A stretch of 64,000 nucleotides of DNA from Planctomycetota bacterium (GTDB taxonomy: Bacteria > Planctomycetota > JAJSAM01 > JAJVHW01), in the NCBI GenBank assembly GCA_024277065.1, contig JAJRVY010000272.1, positions 6,767 through 70,766 on the forward strand. Direction: 5' to 3'. The position numbers were made by a program, and so were the translations under genes. This document shows, in pieces, positions 58,209 through 64,000 of the stretch; the stretch's first letter is position 1, and the number at the start of each line of letters is the position of its first letter. Under the pieces are notes generated by a model. That model ran no database searches and had not been told where the DNA came from. It worked only from the letters and a program-made list of their open reading frames with translations.

Positions 58209-59771
58209 TCATGCCGCGGTTTCCGGCGCCGGGTCGAGGCCGCGCATGGGGCTGCCGGACAGGAGGACGTCCAGCGCCGCGCGCACCGACACGGGCGCGT
58301 CCCCCCAGGCCGCGATCAGCGTCCGCGGCTGCGGCCGCACGTCGGCGATCACGCCGGGCGAGGCGAGCAACAGGCACACGACCCTGCCCTCCGCGCGCTC
58401 GATCACATGCCCCACGAGATCCCGCAACGACGGCTTGAGACCCGGCCGCCCCTTCCACGCGCGCTGCGCACAGGCAACGGCCAGGACGACGAGCGCGGCC
58501 TCATCGACGAGGCTGACGAGCGGGCCGTTGCGGTCGCCGTCCCAGTCGGTCACGCGCGCGAACCCGGCAGGGAAGCCGTGGCCCGCAGCCCGCATGGCGT
58601 GTTCGCGCCCCGGCTCGTTGTCGTCGTCGATCAGGAGCGCCATCACGTTGTCGCCGGGGCGCACGCTCAGCGGCAGCAGCGGCAGCTCGTCGCGGATGAC
58701 GGTGATGCCGTCGCGGGCGAGCCCGTACGCGTCATAGAGATGGTCGGCGGCGAGCTTCTGCGGCTCACGGGACTCGACGATGAGATCCGCGAGCGTGAGC
58801 CCCAGGCGGCCGTCGATCGCCTGTAGATCGATGTGCCCCGCGGTGTGCGCCTCCTCGAGGGCGGCAGCGGTCACGTACGCGTCGTCGGGGTAGAGCAGGA
58901 GGTCGCAGCCGGCAGAGATGCAGCGCAGCGCCGCCTCGGCGCCCGAGAGCGGCTCCGGCCCCTCGCCGGAGTCGAGCAGCCCCGCCATGACCAGCGCGTC
59001 GGACACGATGAGCCCGCCGAACCCCAGTTCCCCCCGCAGCACGTCCTGCAGGATGTGAGCGGAGAGGCTCGCCGGCAGACGCGGCAACGGGTCGAGCGCG
59101 GGATAGGCGACGTGCGCGGTCATGATCGCCCCGACGCCGGCCCGCACCGCGGCACGGAACGGGACGAGTTCCCGCACGTCCAGCGTCTCCCGATCCGCGA
59201 CGACGATCGGCAGCCCCTCGTGGGAGTCCACCGACGTGTCGCCGTGCCCGGGGAAGTGCTTGGCGCAGGCGAGCACACCCTGGTCCTGGGCGCCGGAGAT
59301 CCACGCGGCGGTCAGCGACGCGACGGTCTCCGGGTTGGCGCCGAAGGAGCGGTTGCCGATGATCGGATTCGTGGCGTGCGACAGCACGTCGGCCACGGGC
59401 GCCAGCAGCATGTTGATGCCCAGCGCGCGCGCCTCGAGCGCTGTGGCGCGACCGTGCTCGTACGCGCGCTCCTCGGACAGCGTGGCGCCGACGGCGAGCA
59501 GCGGTGGCAGGTCCAGGCAGCCCTCGACCTGCTGCCCCACGCCGCGCTCGGCATCCATCATGAACAGCAGCGGCCGCCGGGCGGCCTGGCGCAGGCCCGC
59601 GAGCAGCGCCGGCATGAGGTCGCGCTCCCCGCCGAACACGAGGAAACCCGCGACGCCGTCGGCAGCGAGCCGCCGGAAGTGATCGACGCGGGCGTAGTCG
59701 CGCGGCAGGCGGATGGCAGGAACCAGCACGCCCAGCCCCGGACAGCGGCGCGGTACGGGTACCGAGAACAT
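58209..59771 (-). CDS. nagZ: Beta-N-acetylhexosaminidase, glycoside hydrolase family 3 (NagZ-like).
   Basis: KHFPGHGDT...DSH catalytic block and GH3 N-terminal domain. Confidence 0.8.
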   Translation of the reverse strand: MFSVPVPRRCPGLGVLVPAIRLPRDYARVDHFRRLAADGVAGFLVFGGERDLMPALLAGLRQAARRPLLFMMDAERGVGQQVEGCLDLPPLLAVGATLSEERAYEHGRATALEARALGINMLLAPVADVLSHATNPIIGNRSFGANPETVASLTAAWISGAQDQGVLACAKHFPGHGDTSVDSHEGLPIVVADRETLDVRELVPFRAAVRAGVGAIMTAHVAYPALDPLPRLPASLSAHILQDVLRGELGFGGLIVSDALVMAGLLDSGEGPEPLSGAEAALRCISAGCDLLLYPDDAYVTAAALEEAHTAGHIDLQAIDGRLGLTLADLIVESREPQKLAADHLYDAYGLARDGITVIRDELPLLPLSVRPGDNVMALLIDDDNEPGREHAMRAAGHGFPAGFARVTDWDGDRNGPLVSLVDEAALVVLAVACAQRAWKGRPGLKPSLRDLVGHVIERAEGRVVCLLLASPGVIADVRPQPRTLIAAWGDAPVSVRAALDVLLSGSPMRGLDPAPETAA

Positions 59772-59780
59772 CAGCGCAGT

Positions 59781-60992
59781 CTACTCAGAGGGCGTTCCTG
59801 CGGACAAAGGGAGCGCACCGTCCGAAGGTGTGAACGCGCCGAGTACGCGTGGTGCCGCGGCGCCCGTGACGGCGGGGAGATTGCCCGGGCGGCCGCGCAC
59901 GGCCTCGCACGCCAGCACGGCGAAGGCGACGGCCTCACGCAGGTCGGGCTGCACACCGATCTCCGCCGACGAGAGCACCGGCAACGGCTCCAGCAGCGCC
60001 GCGAGACGCCGCATGAGGGTGGCGTTGTGTACGCCGCCGCCCGACACGACGACGTCGCGCACGCGCGGCCCCCCACGCGTGCCGAGCGCCAGATGATCGC
60101 GATAGGCGGCCACGACCGAGCGCGCGACGAACTCGGTGAGCGTCGCCATGAGGTCGTCCGGCGCGAGATCCGGCCGGCGCTCGCGCAACGCACGCACGAG
60201 CGGCTCGGCGAACGTCTCCCGCGCGAGCGAGCGCGGCGGCGGGCTCCGGAACCAGGGATGCGCGAGCAGCCGCTCGACCTCCGAGGCAACCGGGCGGCCG
60301 CGCGCCGCCGCCGCCCCGCCGCGGTCGCTGTCCATGCCGAGCACCGCCCGCGCCGCGGCGTCGAGCGGCCCGTTCGCCGGCCCCGTGTCGAACGCGCGGA
60401 CGTCGGCGGCCTCCGCCGTCACGAGCGTGACGTTGCCCACTCCGCCGAGGTTCTGCACGAGACGGTCGCCGTCGGCGCGCGCCAGGAGCAGCCAATCGAC
60501 GAGCGGCACGAGCGGCGCGCCCTCGCCGCCCGCAGCGACGTCGCGCGCACGGAAGTCCGAGACGACGGCGATGCCGGTGCGCTCGGCGATGCGCGCCGGG
60601 CAGCCGATCTGGAGCGTGGCCGTACCACACGGACCGCGTGGCAGATGGGCGACCGTCTGACCGTGACTGCCGATCAGATCCACCGTGCCGGGATCGAGCC
60701 CGGCGTCGTGGATCGCGGCGCGTGCAGCAGCGGCGAAGCGCTCCCCGAGTTCTGCGTGCAGGAGCGCGATCTCGTCGGCGCCGGCCGTGCGCACGGCCAG
60801 GATGCGCGCGCGCAGGTCGCTCGCGTGCGCCGCGACGGCGCCGCCGAGCGTCTCGGCGCGAAGGCCGCGCCCGGATCCGGTGACGCGCACGACGGCGGCG
60901 TCGATGCCGTCGGCGGACGTGCCGGACAGCAGCCCGATCGCGGTCAGCGACGGCCGCGCAGCGAGCGCCGCGAGCCGCTGCAGTGGCGTCAC
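59781..60992 (-). CDS. anmK: Anhydro-N-acetylmuramic acid kinase.
   Basis: GLLSGTSADGID and IGSHGQTV motifs. GTGA overlap with the murQ stop. Confidence 0.85.
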   Translation of the reverse strand: MTPLQRLAALAARPSLTAIGLLSGTSADGIDAAVVRVTGSGRGLRAETLGGAVAAHASDLRARILAVRTAGADEIALLHAELGERFAAAARAAIHDAGLDPGTVDLIGSHGQTVAHLPRGPCGTATLQIGCPARIAERTGIAVVSDFRARDVAAGGEGAPLVPLVDWLLLARADGDRLVQNLGGVGNVTLVTAEAADVRAFDTGPANGPLDAAARAVLGMDSDRGGAAAARGRPVASEVERLLAHPWFRSPPPRSLARETFAEPLVRALRERRPDLAPDDLMATLTEFVARSVVAAYRDHLALGTRGGPRVRDVVVSGGGVHNATLMRRLAALLEPLPVLSSAEIGVQPDLREAVAFAVLACEAVRGRPGNLPAVTGAAAPRVLGAFTPSDGALPLSAGTPSE

Positions 60993-61912
60993 GCGTCCCC
61001 GAGTGCGACCGACAGGACGTTGCGCGCGCGCGCCAGTCGCTCCCGCGCGGCGTCCACCGCGAGATCCGCGCGCGCCATGAGGATGGCGAGCTTGGCGCTG
61101 CCCTCCGCCTCGTCGAGCAGATCCGCGGCGCATGCGTCCTCGACACCTCCCAGCTCGACGACGAGCCGCGTCGCGCGGTCGCGCAACTTCGCCGACGTGA
61201 CACGCACATCGACCATGCGATTGCCGTGCACCTTGCCGATCCGCGCCATGGCGCCGAGCGACAACGCGTTCAGCACCATCTTGGTCGCCGATCCGGCCTT
61301 CATGCGCGTGCTCCCCGCCAGCACCTCGGGCCCGGTCGCGAGAACGACGACGATCTCGGCCGGAAACGAGGGCTCGACCACGTTGCACACGATGGCGCCC
61401 GTGCGCGCGCCGCGGCGGCGCGCGGTGTGCAGGGCCCCCAGCGTGAACGGCGTGCGCCCGCTCGCGCTGACTCCGACGACGAGATCGAGGGGTCCGACGC
61501 CCGCCTTCTGTACCGCGCGCCCGCCGTCGATCTCACGATCCTCGGCGCCCTCGCGCGAGCGGAACACCGCGTCGCGCCCGCCGGCGAGCAGCACCGGGAC
61601 GCGCTCGACGTCGAAGTCGAACGTCGGCCCGAGTTCGACGGCGTCGAGCAGCGCCAGGCGGCCGCTGGTACCCGCCCCGGCGTAGACGAGCCGACCACCG
61701 ACGGAGAGCGCCTCGGCCGCAGCGTCGATGAGCCGTCCGACGTCGGCCGCCGCGGCCGCACAGGCGGTCTGCACGGCGCGATCCTCCGCGAACACCAGCG
61801 CGGCCAGCGCGGCGCCGTCCAGCCGGTCGAGGTCCGCGCTGCGCGGGTTCGGCAACTCGGTGACGAGCCCCTCGTGTGCGCCACACCCCGTGGCTCGTGG
61901 CTCCACGCTCAC
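60989..61912 (-). CDS. murQ: N-acetylmuramic acid 6-phosphate etherase.
   Basis: SIS domain with GAGTSGR and GSTRMKAGSATK motifs. Confidence 0.9.
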   Translation of the reverse strand: MSVEPRATGCGAHEGLVTELPNPRSADLDRLDGAALAALVFAEDRAVQTACAAAAADVGRLIDAAAEALSVGGRLVYAGAGTSGRLALLDAVELGPTFDFDVERVPVLLAGGRDAVFRSREGAEDREIDGGRAVQKAGVGPLDLVVGVSASGRTPFTLGALHTARRRGARTGAIVCNVVEPSFPAEIVVVLATGPEVLAGSTRMKAGSATKMVLNALSLGAMARIGKVHGNRMVDVRVTSAKLRDRATRLVVELGGVEDACAADLLDEAEGSAKLAILMARADLAVDAARERLARARNVLSVALGDA

Positions 61913-63096
61913 CGCTCCGACGCCACCACGCCGCGGCCGAACACGCCCAGCCGGCCGCCGCGCACGAGGACCGTGACCTCGCTCCCGTCGCGGACGACGA
62001 CCACGGGAACGGCGGCGCGCCCGTCCACGGCGCTCGCCGCGGTCTGCAAGGCGTCCGCGGTCGGGATCGCGCGGCCGTCGTAGGAGACCAGCACGTCGCC
62101 CACGCGCAGCCCCGCCGCCGCCGCCTGGCTGTCCGGCAACGTGCCGGTGACGAGGTAGCCGGTGGCCGGCGGATCGCGGGCGATCAACGCCGCGCGCGCC
62201 GCGTCGCGTACCGCAGCGTCCTCGTCGCTGCGCGCGGCGGTCTCGAGCACACGGACGAGGCCCTCGTCCGCGGTCGTCGCGAGCTCCGCGGCGGCCGCTG
62301 CGCGCAGCGCGGCGGCGCGGCCCGTGTCGGCGAGGATGCCGCCGAGCAGCCGCTCGGCGGCCGGATCACGCAGGCGGCCGAGATTGGCGACGAGGGCGCG
62401 CTGGACCTCGCTCGCGCGTTCGCTCCGCAGGGCGCCCGCGAACTGCGACAGCGTGCGCGACGCGTCCTGCGTCCACGGCAGGCTGTAGGCGGCGATCACG
62501 CGGAAGCCCGGCGGCGTCTCGTCGCGCACGAGCGCCCAATCCATCAGTTCCTTGACGGCGGGATCTCCGAGCCCCGAGTAGAAGGCCACGTCCGAGAGCT
62601 GCAGGCGCCCCTCGCCCGAGACGTCGGCGTTGATGGCGAGCGCGAGCGCCATGGCCGCCTCGCGCCCCTCGGGCACGAGCGCCGACAGTTCGCGCAACGC
62701 CGCGAGGGCCTCGTCTCCGGCGCCGTGCTCGAACCACCGCGGCCGGGCCGCCACCAGATCGGCGACGCGCGCGGCGCGTGCCGCGCCGTCGGGCAGTTCG
62801 CCCGTCGCCGCCGACGGACGCGCGCCGACGGCTGCGGGAGCGTCGCTCCCGGCGACGCCGGGAGACGCGACGTCCGCGGCACGGACGCGCGACCGGCCCA
62901 CGACCGGCGGCGGTCGCTGCGGCGGGAGCTCCGACGCCGACCGGGCGCGCGCCGCTGCATCGCGGGCGAGACGCAGCTCGCCGCGCAGGCTCTCGAGACG
63001 GGACACGGACCACGACGAGGCGACGATCAGGCCGAGCGCCGCGCCGACGAACACGCCGGCGCCGAACAGCAGCATCAGGGCCTTGGGTCCTCGCAT
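61909..63096 (-). CDS. Membrane-anchored HEAT-like protein with a C-terminal PDZ domain.
   Basis: N-terminal TM (ALMLLFGAGVFVGAALGLIVA). PDZ-like C-terminus (GYLVTGTLPDSQAAAAGLRVGDVLVSYDG...VVVVRDGSEVTV). Confidence 0.65.
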   Translation of the reverse strand: MRGPKALMLLFGAGVFVGAALGLIVASSWSVSRLESLRGELRLARDAAARARSASELPPQRPPPVVGRSRVRAADVASPGVAGSDAPAAVGARPSAATGELPDGAARAARVADLVAARPRWFEHGAGDEALAALRELSALVPEGREAAMALALAINADVSGEGRLQLSDVAFYSGLGDPAVKELMDWALVRDETPPGFRVIAAYSLPWTQDASRTLSQFAGALRSERASEVQRALVANLGRLRDPAAERLLGGILADTGRAAALRAAAAAELATTADEGLVRVLETAARSDEDAAVRDAARAALIARDPPATGYLVTGTLPDSQAAAAGLRVGDVLVSYDGRAIPTADALQTAASAVDGRAAVPVVVVRDGSEVTVLVRGGRLGVFGRGVVASER

Positions 63097-63155
63097 ACGG
63101 CGGCCTCCGCAACGGATCCTATACCGCGGCGCCGGGAGTCCGCCCGGAGAGTCGC

Positions 63156-64000
63156 TCAGCGGTCCTCGCCCGGCGCCGCGTCATCGGGCGTCTCGGGCGG
63201 GGGCACGGGAGGCGCCGGGGGCGCGCCGTGGCCGGATGCCGCCCAGGAGGCGCGGGCGTCGAAGCCGGGCGTACGGTCGGGCAGGTGGCAGGCGTAGCAG
63301 TCCCCGAAGTCCACAGCGCCGTAGCCGGGCCCCGGATCAGCCTCGTGGGCTGATGCCGGACCGTGACAGCGCTCGCACGAGATACCCGCGAGATCGGCCG
63401 GATCAGCGTCCGGCAGCCAGCCGCCCAGGCGGAACGGCGCCGTCACGTGGCAGGGCAGACACGCCGGGCTGCCCGCGAGCCGCGAGTCCGCAAGGAGCTG
63501 CGGCACGTTGACGTGCGGCGAGCCGGCGTGCTGCACCGCCTCGTCGGGGTGACAGTCGGCACAGAGGGTGGCACCGACGTAGTCGCCACGGGGATCGGGC
63601 GCGCGTTCGTCCTTGGCGCTCATGCTGGGGAAACCGAACTCCATGAGCGTGCCGCCCACACCGAGGAGAGCGTTCTCGTAGGGCGAGCCACGCGTGGAGA
63701 CGCGATCACCGATGCGCGCGAGCAGGAGCTCGACGTTCTCGAACGAGCCGCCGGTCAGCATGTGCCACACGAATCGCGCACCGCGGCCGGGGTAGATGAT
63801 CGGCGTACCCTCCACGGTGCGCGGGTGCAATTCGGGGATCACCGGACCGCGCGCCGCGACGACCACATCGAACCCCGGAACGTCGCGCACGATGGCCGCT
63901 GCCTCATCGACCGTGCCCTGCACGAGCAGCAGCGTCGTCATCGCCGGGCTCCCGACGTCCTGCGCCCGCGCGGAACCCTCCGCGAGGGCACGCGCCGCGA
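63156..64000 (-). CDS. Multiheme c-type cytochrome (at least 4 CxxCH) with an N-terminal non-heme domain. 5' end probably beyond the window.
   Basis: CADCH, CLPCH, CERCH and CYACH motifs in the last 130 aa. The frame stays open upstream of the first ATG (63941) to the window edge. Confidence 0.7.
   Translation of the reverse strand, partial: AARALAEGSARAQDVGSPAMTTLLLVQGTVDEAAAIVRDVPGFDVVVAARGPVIPELHPRTVEGTPIIYPGRGARFVWHMLTGGSFENVELLLARIGDRVSTRGSPYENALLGVGGTLMEFGFPSMSAKDERAPDPRGDYVGATLCADCHPDEAVQHAGSPHVNVPQLLADSRLAGSPACLPCHVTAPFRLGGWLPDADPADLAGISCERCHGPASAHEADPGPGYGAVDFGDCYACHLPDRTPGFDARASWAASGHGAPPAPPVPPPETPDDAAPGEDR

Noticed and set aside
1-64000. CRISPR arrays, rRNA/tRNA genes, transposases or prophage.
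   Set aside because: No spacer-repeat arrays, no rRNA-like stretches and no integrase/transposase/phage motifs. The only repeats are the short tandem and inverted repeats listed.

Overview
This is a 64-kb window of very high-GC (about 70 %) bacterial chromosome, almost fully coding, with high GC3 codon usage throughout. BamD, an LptE-like lipoprotein and an AsmA-family giant protein indicate a Gram-negative organism, and it uses c-di-AMP (cdaA-cdaR-glmM). The guess that it is Myxococcota- or Gemmatimonadota-like is inference only.

Recognisable core genes:
- moaD-moaE
- a DEAD-box RNA helicase
- an ABC-F ATPase
- cysS, ispF, ispD, ruvC, recO, bamD, folP
- cdaA-cdaR-glmM-tsaB-alr
- manC, ruvX, rpsO-pnp
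- the murQ-anmK-nagZ peptidoglycan-recycling cluster

A nine-gene translationally coupled ABC block sits at 8.3-16.5 kb. It has two ABC-2 ATPase/permease pairs followed by MFP-MacB-FtsX-FtsX. It is followed by an island of exported proteins of unknown function at 16.7-23 kb.

The most interesting signals are two independent in-frame TGA codons. Each sits exactly where the first Cys of a CxxC redox motif should be: in a DUF3179 lipoprotein (W-U-P-L-C, TGA at 6587-6589) and in a periplasmic thioredoxin-like protein (F-U-P-P-C, TGA at 22832-22834). Each is followed by a stem-loop at SECIS-like spacing, so both are candidate selenoproteins, and both are predicted to be periplasmic.

Other anomalies:
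- A sigma54-dependent activator is cut by an in-frame TAA that replaces the Glu of the WPGNVRELxN motif.
- tsaB carries a 174-bp in-frame insertion flanked by an 18-bp inverted repeat.
- The DEAD-box helicase has no canonical start codon.
- There are two 9-bp coding-register tandem repeats; one carries the ABC-F stop codon in every unit.
- A 50-aa zinc-ribbon ORF was missed by the ORF track.
- A secreted HEAT-repeat protein embeds a receiver domain.

No rRNA, tRNA, CRISPR array or transposase was found.
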